The notes under the pieces are model-generated. The model saw nothing but the letters and a program-made list of their open reading frames with translations. It did not search any database and was not told the DNA's origin. The position numbers and the translations under genes are program-made. This document shows positions 37,898 through 46,905 of a stretch of 64,000 nt of DNA, one piece after another. Numbering within the stretch: position 1 is the stretch's first letter; every line of letters begins with the position of its first letter. The stretch lies in NCBI GenBank assembly GCA_021791415.1, contig JAJYWQ010000064.1, forward strand, positions 4,476 to 68,475, read 5' to 3'. Source of the DNA: a bacterium. GTDB lineage: Bacteria; Chloroflexota; Dormibacteria; Aeolococcales; Bog-877.

Positions 37898-38197
37898 CAG
37901 CGGTACATGGTGCCGGCCAGGGCTTCGTTCGAGGGCTGATCAGGGCCAGCTACCGGCTACTCCCGCACGGGGCCACTGAACGGCGGGTCGGGCCGCCCAC
38001 GACCAAGGGTAGGCGATGGACGGCGGGCCTCACCGCCAGTGCTGCGGTGCCCGGAGTGGGCTCATTCCCAGAGCGACCCGGGTAGCTGCCCCTTAGTCTC
38101 GGAACCGCCCCTGGTCAGGTGCGCCCTGAGGCTTCCCATCAGACTCCAGGCAGGACCTCGAAGCCTGGGGCGAGCGCCCCGGGGCGACTCCACCGCC

Positions 38198-38683
38198 TCA
38201 ACCGGTAGGCCGTCTCGTCGAGGGCGGGGCGAGCCAGCCCGGCGCATCGACACGCACGGGCGACGGGCCGACCAGTGCCGTCAGGTCAGCCTCAAGGCGC
38301 TCGAGCTCTTTGGTCCCGATCTTCTGCTTCCACTTGTCACGCAGTTCGTCGAAGACGGCTTCTCCTGCTCGCATGACTTCGAAGCCGAGCGCCGTGACCT
38401 CGAGGCGTTTCCGACGGACGTCGAGCGGATCAGGCTCCCGCGCCACGTAGCCGCGCTCCTCGAGAACCGCCACCGTCTTTGCCGCCGCTTGCTTGGAGAC
38501 CGACAGACGGCGACCCAGTTCCGAAGCGTTGTCGGCGCCCGCCGCGATGGCCCGCATTGTGAAGTCATGGACGGGGCGCACGTCTTCGTATCCGCGCTTG
38601 GTGAGCTCCACGATCGCATCGTCTACCAGGGCTCGGAACCCTCCGAGAAGGAGCAGGGCGAGATCGGCGCCCGAGCGTGACAT
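38198..38683 (-). CDS. MarR-family transcriptional regulator
   Basis: 161 aa, winged-HTH MarR architecture. Divergent from the hydrolase gene. Confidence 0.85.
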   Translation of the reverse strand: MSRSGADLALLLLGGFRALVDDAIVELTKRGYEDVRPVHDFTMRAIAAGADNASELGRRLSVSKQAAAKTVAVLEERGYVAREPDPLDVRRKRLEVTALGFEVMRAGEAVFDELRDKWKQKIGTKELERLEADLTALVGPSPVRVDAPGWLAPPSTRRPTG

Positions 38684-38707
38684 GGAGTGGATCGTAAGGC
38701 AGACACC

Positions 38708-38754
38708 TTGACAAGGTCAACCTAGTTGTCTATTATGTGGACAACTAGGTTGAC
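38708..38754 (+). promoter_or_regulatory. promoter (TTGACA-N17-TATTAT) overlapped by a perfect 15-bp inverted-repeat operator
   Basis: GTCAACCTAGTTGTC (38716-38730) - 9 bp - GACAACTAGGTTGAC (38740-38754). TTGACA at 38708-13 and TATTAT at 38731-36. Confidence 0.55.
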
Positions 38755-38772
38755 GATTGCAGGGAGATTGGC

Positions 38773-39660
38773 ATGACCTTGATTGCCGAGCGGGCGACAC
38801 TGACCGGAGTCACGCACCATTACGCCAAGGTCAACGGGACCGAGCTGCACTACGTGGCGGCGGGCACTGAAGGAACTCCGGTTCTGCTGGTCCATGGCTT
38901 TCCCGAGACCTGGTGGACCTTCCGCCAGCTCATCCCCCTGCTTGCCGCCAGCCACCGTGTTTATGCCGTAGACCTGCGCGGGTTCGGTGACTCCGACCAT
39001 GGGTCAGACGACTACGGAAGCAAGTCCGCCGCCGATGACCTGCACCTTCTGATTGGAGAGCTCGAAGTTGGCCCAGTGCACCTCACCGGTCAGGACATCA
39101 GCGGGACAACTGTCGTGCGTCTCGCCGCCACGCACCCCGAAGATGTGCTCGGCCTGACTGCCATCGAGATGGGCCTACCCGGGTTCGGCCTGGAGATGCT
39201 GGCCGACGTCACACGCGGGGGCACCTGGTACATCGGCGTCCTTGCCGCCCCCGGGATCCCCGAGATACTCCTCGCCGGTCGCGAGCGCGAGTTCCTTGGT
39301 CGGGTCGCCTTTCGGGCTACGAGCGCGACCGCGGGAGCGATCACCGACACCGACATCGACGAATTCGTCCGCGCCTACTCTCGTCCCAATGGCTGGTGCG
39401 GAGCGGTCGGCCTCTATCAGTCCATGCTCCAAGAAGGCGCCGAGATCAGGGCCCTCGTATTGGACCACAAGCTGAAGGTCCCGGTTCTGGCGATCGGAGC
39501 TGCGGGCGGCGAGTTCACCTTCGCAACGATGAGCCAGGTCAGTTCCAGTCCTGTCCGATCGGTGATTCTCGCAGGCGTCGGCCACTACGCAGCCCTGGAG
39601 GCACCCGACCAGGTGGCGCACGCTCTTCTCGACTTCTTCAGCTTTGTTGACGCCAGCTGA
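38773..39660 (+). CDS. alpha/beta hydrolase (epoxide hydrolase/haloalkane dehalogenase-like)
   Basis: 295 aa. HGFPETWWTFRQ and GQDISG nucleophile elbow. Confidence 0.8.
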   Translation: MTLIAERATLTGVTHHYAKVNGTELHYVAAGTEGTPVLLVHGFPETWWTFRQLIPLLAASHRVYAVDLRGFGDSDHGSDDYGSKSAADDLHLLIGELEVGPVHLTGQDISGTTVVRLAATHPEDVLGLTAIEMGLPGFGLEMLADVTRGGTWYIGVLAAPGIPEILLAGREREFLGRVAFRATSATAGAITDTDIDEFVRAYSRPNGWCGAVGLYQSMLQEGAEIRALVLDHKLKVPVLAIGAAGGEFTFATMSQVSSSPVRSVILAGVGHYAALEAPDQVAHALLDFFSFVDAS

Positions 39661-40198
39661 ACAGTGGGTCTGCCTCCGGGACCACCCACCCGAACCTGCG
39701 AATTCGAAAGCGCTCCGACAGCTCGCCCGCAGGGTACGTCCGGCCGTCGAGCTGGCGCCATCGGGCGCCCGAAGGCTCCGGACGGGCGGGCAGCTCCCCC
39801 ACCCCCGCTGTGCCAGCTCCTACGTAGGCGTAAGTCTGGACTAGTGAGAGGCGCTGGGTGCGGGCTCGCCCTTTACCCGTGGCCGTGAGCCGTGGAGCGA
39901 GAGAAGGGTGTTCAGCCTGCGAGCTTCTGCCGGGTGGTGAGCTGCCGCCTCCAGCACGCACCTCTCGACCCAGATCCCTTGGCTCATCAGGCTTTCTCAC
40001 CACCGCTACCGCCTCGCCTTGGCGGTTCGTTGCAATATCAGGATCGGAGATCGCCCGATGGGCCAGAGGGCCCTCAAAGTCGATCTGTGATCCCATCTCA
40101 CAGCTGCGGTGGCGCCGAGTCCGGCCAGAGCCGTCGGGATCGGCCACCACCACCCCTCGGCCCGCAAGCAACGCTCGACCTCCTGGGTGGAATTCGCC

Positions 40199-40843
40199 TC
40201 AGGTTTTCGCTCGAGCAGCCCGAGCGCCGGGCGGCCCGACCGGTCCGATTGTGCGGCTGACAATCCACGCATGCTTTCCGACCTGCCGGATGCGAGCGAA
40301 CCCAAACTCCTCGAAAAGCTCGACGGTCCCGCTGAACAGGAAGCGCCCCTGGGCCTCGCGGCCCGCGGTCGTCTCGGAGATCGCCTCGACAAGCCCGCCA
40401 CCTTCAGCCGCGATCTCGGCGAGAGCGCCCTCAAGCGCGGCTCGGGCGACTCCCAGTGCACGATGGTGCTTGTCGACAAAGATGCAGGCGATCCGCCACC
40501 TCGCCTCGGGTGGCGGATCTTTCGCATACTCGCGGGCGTGCTTCAGGTGAAGCTCGTCCGGACTGCCGTATTGGCACCAGCCCTGGACCTTACCGTACGC
40601 GTCGATAGCCAGCGCGGCCTGCGCCCGACCCTCTCGGACGAGCTGCTCTTTGAGCGTTCGCGGATCGCTCACGCCACGTCGGTACTCGACGTGGTTGGGA
40701 GCGCACCAGCACCCGCCGTAGATGCCGTTGTTGCGCTCCACGAGGTCGGCGAATGCGTCCCAGGTGGCTGCTTCGAGCCGGGCAATCGTGTAGGACCCAG
40801 CGGTCGCTGCTGCCGATCGGTCGCTCTCAGGCACTGGCGACAC
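40199..40843 (-). CDS. GNAT-family N-acetyltransferase
   Basis: C-terminal part of track ORF 40199..40975. GNAT motif A (HHRALGVARAAL). Start approximate. Confidence 0.55.
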   Translation of the reverse strand: MSPVPESDRSAAATAGSYTIARLEAATWDAFADLVERNNGIYGGCWCAPNHVEYRRGVSDPRTLKEQLVREGRAQAALAIDAYGKVQGWCQYGSPDELHLKHAREYAKDPPPEARWRIACIFVDKHHRALGVARAALEGALAEIAAEGGGLVEAISETTAGREAQGRFLFSGTVELFEEFGFARIRQVGKHAWIVSRTIGPVGPPGARAARAKT

Positions 40844-40994
40844 GGTGCAAGAGGTCGGCCAGCTCGGGCGGTGCTCCCTGTCCTGGGAGAGAGAGCGCGA
40901 CGGGTCGGTGGCCCAGGTCCCGGAGGGGTGGAACGACACCGTCCCAGGCGGACCCGTCGAGCCAGAGACCGGCACTGAGAAGGATGTCCGTCAT

Positions 40995-42104
40995 TTTACT
41001 AATCCGAGCGTTGGTAAGCCGACACGTTAGAGGATGTAGCGGAGGTCAGGGGCATAGAAGAAGCGGCGGATGGTGTCCGGGAGCTTCTGCAGTCGGCGCA
41101 GGGAACTGAGAACAAGGCTTTGGAACTGGGCGGGGTCCGTGACCACGTGACGACCAACTCGGTGGTTCTTCACATGCCGCCACACCCATCCGTCGGGGTT
41201 GAGTTCCGGGGAGTAGGGCGGCAGGTAGAACAGCCGGAGCTGGCCGTTGGTCTGCTCGATGAAGTCCTTGACCATGCGGGCCTTGTGGGTCGGGTGGTTG
41301 TCCACGATCAGGAACACGGGCCGATCTTGGTTGTGAATGAGCCGGCGCAAGAAGTCCAGAAAGACCGTGGCGGTCATCCGTTGCGGGGTCACCATGAAGC
41401 GGAGCTGCCCCTTGGCGGAGACCGCTGAGATCAGGTTCATCCCGAAGCGGCTGCCAGTGGTGCGGACGACCGGAGCCTCGCCTCGCGGTGCCCAGCTGGC
41501 ACCGCTGTGGTGGTCGGAGCGGATCCCGGCTTCATCTCCGAAGTAGATCACCGCTCCTTCCCGCTTGGCCAGCTTCTGGATGGCCGGGTACTCCTCCTCC
41601 CGCCACCTCTGCACCGCCGCCGGATCCTGCTGGTAGGCCCGGAACAGCGGTCGCTGGGGACTCAATCCCAAACGTCGCAACATCCTGCCCACCGCGGACT
41701 CACTGAGGCTGACCCCAAATTCGCGCCAGATCAACTCCTGAATCATCGCGCGCGTCCAGAGCGCAAATGGGAAGCGCAGCTGCAAGGGGTTCTTGCTGGT
41801 GATGGTGCGCACCAGCCGCTGCATCTCCTTGGGACCGAGCTTGCTGGGCCGTCCCGGCACCGGTTGGGCCTCCAAGGACGCCATTCCGCCCTTGCGAAAC
41901 CGGCCCAGCCATTCATAGATCACCGAGCGGTGGAAACCAAGAGCCTTGATGACCAGCTCCGGGCTCTCCCCATCCCAGACCACTCGCTCTACCGCACGCT
42001 GACGAATCTCCGCCAGGGTGGCATGGGAAAGTGCCCGCCCATCGCGACTCCGGTCCATCCCCCAAGTCTACCAAAGGTCGCCTTACTTACGCTCGCCTTA
42101 GTAG
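40995..42104 (-). mobile_element. IS630-family insertion sequence (boundaries approximate)
   Basis: Single DDE transposase flanked by imperfect terminal inverted repeats. Left TACTAATCCGAGCGTTGGTAAGCCGAC (~40996-41022). Reverse complement of the right end TACTAAGGCGAGCGTAAGTAAGGCGAC (~42079-42104). The ends abut TA. Confidence 0.65.
41027..42058 (-). CDS. IS630-family transposase (HTH + DDE_3)
   Basis: 343 aa. N-terminal HTH, DDE region with IVDNHPTHK and a YLPPYSPELNPDGWVW tail typical of IS630/Tc1-mariner. Confidence 0.9.
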   Translation of the reverse strand: MDRSRDGRALSHATLAEIRQRAVERVVWDGESPELVIKALGFHRSVIYEWLGRFRKGGMASLEAQPVPGRPSKLGPKEMQRLVRTITSKNPLQLRFPFALWTRAMIQELIWREFGVSLSESAVGRMLRRLGLSPQRPLFRAYQQDPAAVQRWREEEYPAIQKLAKREGAVIYFGDEAGIRSDHHSGASWAPRGEAPVVRTTGSRFGMNLISAVSAKGQLRFMVTPQRMTATVFLDFLRRLIHNQDRPVFLIVDNHPTHKARMVKDFIEQTNGQLRLFYLPPYSPELNPDGWVWRHVKNHRVGRHVVTDPAQFQSLVLSSLRRLQKLPDTIRRFFYAPDLRYIL

Positions 42105-42201
42105 GTAGGCGGCCGAGGCACCTATGCTCCTGACGAGCCGCAGTTGTGGCGCCGCCCTGTGACGCCTCGGGACCGGTCCTCGGTCGGACAAAGGAATTGA
42201 G

Positions 42202-42795
42202 TTGCGGGATCGCCTGATGTCGATGGTCCGGTGGGCAACGGGCGGATGGCCCTATCACACCACGGCCGCCGCTCGCAGCGAAGCGCCGCTTGCCCTGCCC
42301 ATCGACTGGGAGACGAAGCCCGGCGAGCAGGTGGCCACCCTGCACCGCGAAATGGCAGTGGGGATGGGATTCCAGTACCAGGAGCTGACCGGGTTCGACC
42401 AGAAGGTGTCCCTCCTAATCACGACCATTGGCGTCCTGCTCGGCCTGGGACTTGCCGGTGCCAGCTCACTCGGTACGAGCAGTCTCGCCCACGGGTTCTT
42501 CGCCACCGGGCTCCTGCTTCTCGTGATAGGTCTCGTCACAGGGATAGCCGGGTACCGCCCGCGGCACGTGGAGGCCGTGCCCTCGCCCGCGGGCCTGTTC
42601 CCGGCGTCCATCGACGACAGCTCAAACCTGATCCTGGGATCGGAGATCGAGGGCATGGCCATCGCCTTCACAGAGAATCAAACGGTGCGGGGAGTGAAGC
42701 TGGCCTACCTCACGTTGACCCTGCGTCTGTTGGTCTTCGGAGCGGCACTACTGGCGCTGGGGTACGGGACCGGGATCTCGGGTACACTGCGGTAG
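42202..42795 (+). CDS. hypothetical membrane protein
   Basis: 197-aa ORF with several hydrophobic segments. No recognised domain. Confidence 0.4.
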   Translation: MRDRLMSMVRWATGGWPYHTTAAARSEAPLALPIDWETKPGEQVATLHREMAVGMGFQYQELTGFDQKVSLLITTIGVLLGLGLAGASSLGTSSLAHGFFATGLLLLVIGLVTGIAGYRPRHVEAVPSPAGLFPASIDDSSNLILGSEIEGMAIAFTENQTVRGVKLAYLTLTLRLLVFGAALLALGYGTGISGTLR

Positions 42796-42797
42796 AC

Positions 42798-43007
42798 ATG
42801 GCACCCAATCGTCCGACCCCAACCCCTACGGAGTCGCACGCCGAGCAGGGTCAGGTCACGCTTACCCCGGCCCAGGTCCAGCAAGCCTTGGCGCGCCGTG
42901 AGAAGGTGCGGCAGCTCATCGGAGTCATGGAGAAGGGCTTCAGCCCTCCAAGTCGTGAGGAGTTCCGCGAGCAGCTCGCTCGTCAGGCGTTGAGCCATAA
43001 CGAGTAG
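42798..43007 (+). CDS. small hypothetical protein
   Basis: ATG directly after the upstream stop (MAPNRPTPTPTESHAEQGQVTLTPAQVQQALARREKVRQLIG...), 70 aa. Possible two-gene cassette with the preceding gene. Confidence 0.3.
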   Translation: MAPNRPTPTPTESHAEQGQVTLTPAQVQQALARREKVRQLIGVMEKGFSPPSREEFREQLARQALSHNE

Positions 43008-43333
43008 CGGCGGAGCAGTTTGATCCTCGACTGAGGAACCGACTTCACTGAGTGGTAGGGCTGGGTCCGACCTACGGGATCTGAGCACGACCACCCGATC
43101 CAGACCTTGGGTCCTGCCTGCCCGAGAAGGCCCGAGCGGCGACGAACTTTCGCTCTGCCAGGGGCTGGTCGGCACCGGAGCCGAGCGCCACCGTTGGGGT
43201 GCAAACCAGCGAAGTACTCCCTGGCAGCGCGCCCCGATAGCGCCAACCCCTCGACGTAGGGCTCGGCGCGACCCTTCGGAGTGGCCCAGGTCGCCGAGGC
43301 AGCAGCGGCGCCTCGTGGGCCAGCCAGCAAGAC

Positions 43334-43504
43334 TCAGATGATCGAGTCAATGCCTTCCACCACCGTCGCCCTTGCCAGGGCAGTCGCGATCTTCCGGACC
43401 GTCTGCGGAGCCACCGGTCGCCCTCTCAGAGCCGCTGTGACCGTGGGCGCACTGATCCCAGCGGCGCGGGCGAGGTCACAGTTCGCCCAGCCTCTGCGGG
43501 CCAT
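43334..43504 (-). CDS. XRE-family helix-turn-helix protein (short)
   Basis: Track ORF 43334..43612. Likely start at MARRGWANCDLARAAGISAPTV (HTH). Confidence 0.4.
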   Translation of the reverse strand: MARRGWANCDLARAAGISAPTVTAALRGRPVAPQTVRKIATALARATVVEGIDSII

Positions 43505-43877
43505 GTCGTGACGGAGCCGCTCCGGGGTGTAGGCGGCACCGCTGGATGAGGATACAGGCGCCGGGGTCCTCCAAGAGCCGCACGACGAGTGGCTGGACGG
43601 CATCAGCGCCACTTCTCCCAGACCTCCATGGCCCAGCTCTCAGGCGACAGCCAGCAACTCCTCACCAACCCCCTCACCGCCAGGCTCGCGGCTCGATGAA
43701 CTTCTCTTGACACTGACCCAGCTTCCCAACTTGCCACCAACTGAAGGTACCTGGCGCACCGGGGACACGTTAGTTTGGGTTCCGTAGGTGGCGTCCAGCT
43801 TGAGCTTGCGTAACTCCACTCGCCGCCCTGGCCACAAGCTAGTAGGGTGTAGCCCTCCTGGCCGCCTATAGGAAGAT

Positions 43878-44432
43878 GTGGACTCCGCAAGCGGTTCCGA
43901 GACGCCGCCAGCCGTGACCCAGCTGCTCCGGCTTGCCAGCAGCGACTCCCGAGTAGCGGATCTCTACGCCGCCCACTTCCCCCAGCTGGTCGCCCTAGCC
44001 ACCCTGCTGGCTGGGGGGGCGTCTGGCGGCGAGGAGATAGCCCAGGAGACGTTTCTTATCGCACTGCGGCTGGAGCGCCAGAGCCCTGGGTACCTCAGAG
44101 ATCCGGCCTGGCCCTGGCTACGGCTCACTGCCGCCCGTCTGGCTAGCCGATGGCGCCGGCGATACCAGGCGCGCTTGGCGGCCCTGGGTCTGTGGGCGGA
44201 GAACTTGGCCACTACCGAGCGGCTGCCGGACGAGTCCGTCGACCTCATGCGGGCGGTCAGCAGGCTCCCGTGGAGGATGCGCGTTTGTACCGTACTGGCC
44301 TACGTCGAGGACCAAAGGACGGCGTCGATCGCTGAAGCCCTTGGATGCTCCGTGAAGAACGTGGAGTTCGCCCTGCGCGAGGGGCGGCGTCGCCTGAGGA
44401 AGGACCTCGGCGAGAGCTATGGCCTGCAGTGA
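43878..44432 (+). CDS. RNA polymerase sigma factor, ECF subfamily
   Basis: 184 aa. Sigma-70 region 2 and region 4 (RTASIAEALGCSVKNVEFALREGRRRL). Confidence 0.8.
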   Translation: MDSASGSETPPAVTQLLRLASSDSRVADLYAAHFPQLVALATLLAGGASGGEEIAQETFLIALRLERQSPGYLRDPAWPWLRLTAARLASRWRRRYQARLAALGLWAENLATTERLPDESVDLMRAVSRLPWRMRVCTVLAYVEDQRTASIAEALGCSVKNVEFALREGRRRLRKDLGESYGLQ

Positions 44433-44446
44433 GACAAGGAGAGTCG

Positions 44447-45346
44447 ATGAGCGAACACTTGGATGATCAGCGACTGCGACTCAGGTTCCACAAGCTGGCG
44501 GACGAGATCGCGGAGGGGGTCCGTCCGCGGGAGTTGATGGCACCTTCGCGCTCCCCTGTGGCCCTGCTCTCTCGAGGAGCGGCATGGCGGAGGGCCAGCC
44601 GGCGAAGGCTCACCCGGCGCGGCGGTGTGGTGGTGGCAGCTGGCGTAGTCGTGTTGAGCGCGGGAGCTGCCTACGCCGCGTCGAGGATCGTCACGGTGCC
44701 GATCAACGTGATTGTCACCGGGCCGAATGGGCAGGGACTTCCGTCCCCCCTACCGTCCGGGGTCCAGGTGGTCCCGGGAATTCCACAGGTGGTGACCTTT
44801 GCCCAGGCGCAGGCAGCTGTACCCTACCCGATCTTGGTCCTGCCCCCGTCTCTGGCGACACCCGAGCAGTGGCAGGTGATCCCTCCGACCCGCACCGCGA
44901 GCGGCGGACCCGTGTCGCCGGACGAAGTGATGGAGCCACAGGTCTACGCGGTCTACCAACTGGCCAGCGGGGCCACGGTGGACGTGGGCGAGTATCCCGG
45001 GCGTCCTGGCGTCCCCATGTCCTTCTACGTCAAGTGGTACGGCGCCAGCTATGTCCACCACGTCACCTTCGACGGCTACCAGCTGGTGTACGACGACCTC
45101 GTGGGTAGCGCGGCGGACGTATACATGGTCGAGTTCAAGACGTCGAGCGGGCTGGAAGTTAGCTTGGGGCCCGCTCCACCTCTCTCGGATCCCACAGGCG
45201 CTCTCCCATCGGTGAGCCTCTCCCAGTTCGAAGCGCTCGTGGCAGCGCTCTCGCCCTCCTTTACGGCACCCGGTTCGCCGGCCACGTCCTCTCCCCAGGC
45301 AAGTCCCACGTCGTCCGGTCCGGTCGCTCCGACTGCGACTCCGTAG
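44447..45346 (+). CDS. anti-sigma factor (single-pass membrane protein, Pro/Ser-rich extracytoplasmic domain)
   Basis: Track ORF 44345..45346. Start at MSEHLDDQRLRLRFHKLADEI. TM helix GVVVAAGVVVLSAGAAYAA. Immediately downstream of the ECF sigma gene. Confidence 0.6.
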   Translation: MSEHLDDQRLRLRFHKLADEIAEGVRPRELMAPSRSPVALLSRGAAWRRASRRRLTRRGGVVVAAGVVVLSAGAAYAASRIVTVPINVIVTGPNGQGLPSPLPSGVQVVPGIPQVVTFAQAQAAVPYPILVLPPSLATPEQWQVIPPTRTASGGPVSPDEVMEPQVYAVYQLASGATVDVGEYPGRPGVPMSFYVKWYGASYVHHVTFDGYQLVYDDLVGSAADVYMVEFKTSSGLEVSLGPAPPLSDPTGALPSVSLSQFEALVAALSPSFTAPGSPATSSPQASPTSSGPVAPTATP

Positions 45347-45362
45347 GGACTGTCCTCCCGGC

Positions 45363-45388
45363 GGGCCGGCGCCGTGCGGCGCCGGCCC
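45363..45388 (+). terminator. GC-rich perfect hairpin after the anti-sigma gene
   Basis: GGGCCGGCGCC-gtgc-GGCGCCGGCCC. No U-tract. Confidence 0.4.
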
Positions 45389-45691
45389 GCTCTCCTTCCG
45401 ATGACCGGCCTCGTGGAACGGCTGGTCTCGCTGATCCGGCACATCTGGGGGAGCCCCCTCAGCTATCGGCAAGCTCGGAGAGCAAGCCGCCGGCGGGCGC
45501 GATCGCGCTCTTCTGGAGCGTGCAGACAGAAATGGGCTTCCCCGCCACGACCGCGGTACCAGTCCGGGCGCGCATTCCAGCAACCCGCGCCAAGTCGCGG
45601 TTCCCCCACCCCTGAAGTGCCAGCTCGTACCTGACCGGAAGTTTGGGCCACTGGGGGTTGCGGGCAGGGCTGCTCTTTACCGGCGCCCGTC

Positions 45692-45766
45692 AGGGACGGA
45701 GCGGGAGACGGGTCTCGAACCCGCGACCTTCTGCTTGGGAAGCAGACGCTCTACCAACTGAGCTAC
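45692..45766 (-). tRNA. tRNA-Gly (anticodon CCC)
   Basis: Reverse complement folds as GCGGGAG-UA-GCUC-AGUUGGU-AGAGC-G-UCUGC-UUCCCAA-GCAGA-AGGUC-GCGGG-UUCGAGA-CCCGU-CUCCCGC-U-CC. The track ORF translation GVAQLVERLLPKQKVAGS is the classic tRNA shadow. Confidence 0.9.
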
Positions 45767-45839
45767 TCCCGCCCGGCCAGCGAGTATACCGTGACGGTGT
45801 GTTAGCTTCAGGGAGGCCCGCCACCTGGAGAGAACATCC

Positions 45840-46118
45840 ATGATCACCGCATTCCTACTCATCAATGCCGAGCGCGAGCACCTCGGGTCCTTGGGGCCGA
45901 GGCTGGCGGCCTGCCCTGGGGTGGTCGAGGTCTACACCACCACCGGAGAGGTTGACTTCATCGCCAAGCTGGCGGTGGCAGACCTCGAGGAGCTGGCGGC
46001 CGTCGTGCATGACCGACTGGCGGAGATGGAGGGGATCGCCGCCACCTCCACCCATCTAGCGATGCGGCGGTACAACCCGGAGGAGATCAGCGCCGCCTAC
46101 GACCTCGGGGTGGACTGA
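45840..46118 (+). CDS. Lrp/AsnC-family ligand-binding (RAM) domain protein
   Basis: 92 aa. Matches the C-terminal AsnC_trans_reg domain only (no HTH). Confidence 0.55.
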   Translation: MITAFLLINAEREHLGSLGPRLAACPGVVEVYTTTGEVDFIAKLAVADLEELAAVVHDRLAEMEGIAATSTHLAMRRYNPEEISAAYDLGVD

Positions 46119-46122
46119 GCTC

Positions 46123-46761
46123 TCAGAGCCCGGCGGCCCCCACCAGGTGCCCGATCCCCGCCGTCACCGCCATGGCCAGCGATCCGCCCACGAGCACCCG
46201 GATCGCCCCCCGCCTCCAACCGGCGCCTCCCGCCAATGCGCCCAGGGCCCCCAGCACCCCGAGGGCCACCAATGCCACCGCGGCCAACACGACCGCGCGT
46301 AGCGCAAGGGGGCTGAGCAGCGCGGCCAGCACCGGGAGGAGGGCGCCCCCGGCGAAGGCTGCGGCCGAGGATGTGGCCGCCTGGACCGGCCGCGCCCGAC
46401 CTTGCTCTGTGATCCCGAGCTCGTCGCGGGCGTGGGCGGCCAGGGCGTCGTGGCTCATGAGCTGGCGTGCCACCTCAGTGGCCAGCGCGGGCTCCACCCC
46501 TCGGTGGACGTAGATCGCGGCCAGCTCCGCCAATTCCCCCTCGGGGTCGGTGCGGAGCTCCAGCCGCTCCCGTCCCAGGTCGGCGTGCTCGGCGTCCCGC
46601 TGGGTGGAGACCGACACGTACTCCCCGGCGGCCATGGACATGGCTCCCGCGACCAGCCCGGCGATGCCGGCCGCGAGCACCTGCCCGGACCCGGCGCTGG
46701 CGGTGGCGACCCCTAGCATCAGGCTTGCGGTGGAGACGATTCCGTCGTCGGCGCCCAGCAC
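46123..46761 (-). CDS. VIT1/CCC1-family iron/manganese transporter
   Basis: Track ORF. The family N-terminal motif (EAHRSGGTGWLRAAVLGADDGIVS) is partly encoded upstream of the first canonical start, in frame up to a stop at ~46879-81. True start is likely ~46848 (non-canonical ATA) or lost. Confidence 0.75.
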   Translation of the reverse strand: MLGADDGIVSTASLMLGVATASAGSGQVLAAGIAGLVAGAMSMAAGEYVSVSTQRDAEHADLGRERLELRTDPEGELAELAAIYVHRGVEPALATEVARQLMSHDALAAHARDELGITEQGRARPVQAATSSAAAFAGGALLPVLAALLSPLALRAVVLAAVALVALGVLGALGALAGGAGWRRGAIRVLVGGSLAMAVTAGIGHLVGAAGL

Positions 46762-46905
46762 CGCGGCCCGCAGCCACCCGGTGCCCCCGCTGCGGTGGGC
46801 CTCCGGCGGCTCCGCTCGGTCGGCGGACAGAGTTTGCGGAGAGGCTATCGCTCCTCCCCCCAGCCTATGTCCAAGCCGTCAACCGCCCCGGCGGGATGCC
46901 ACGAG

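Noticed and set aside
38039-38680. 213-aa plus-strand ORF opposite the MarR gene
   Set aside because: It is a shadow ORF of the MarR CDS. MarR has clear family similarity, and the plus ORF has none.
40109-40978. 289-aa plus-strand ORF overlapping the GNAT gene
   Set aside because: It is antisense to a GNAT with a recognisable motif A, and its translation is low complexity.
45677-45865. 62-aa minus-strand ORF (…GVAQLVERLLPKQKVAGSRP…)
   Set aside because: It is the well-known spurious translation of a tRNA gene. The region is annotated instead as tRNA-Gly(CCC).
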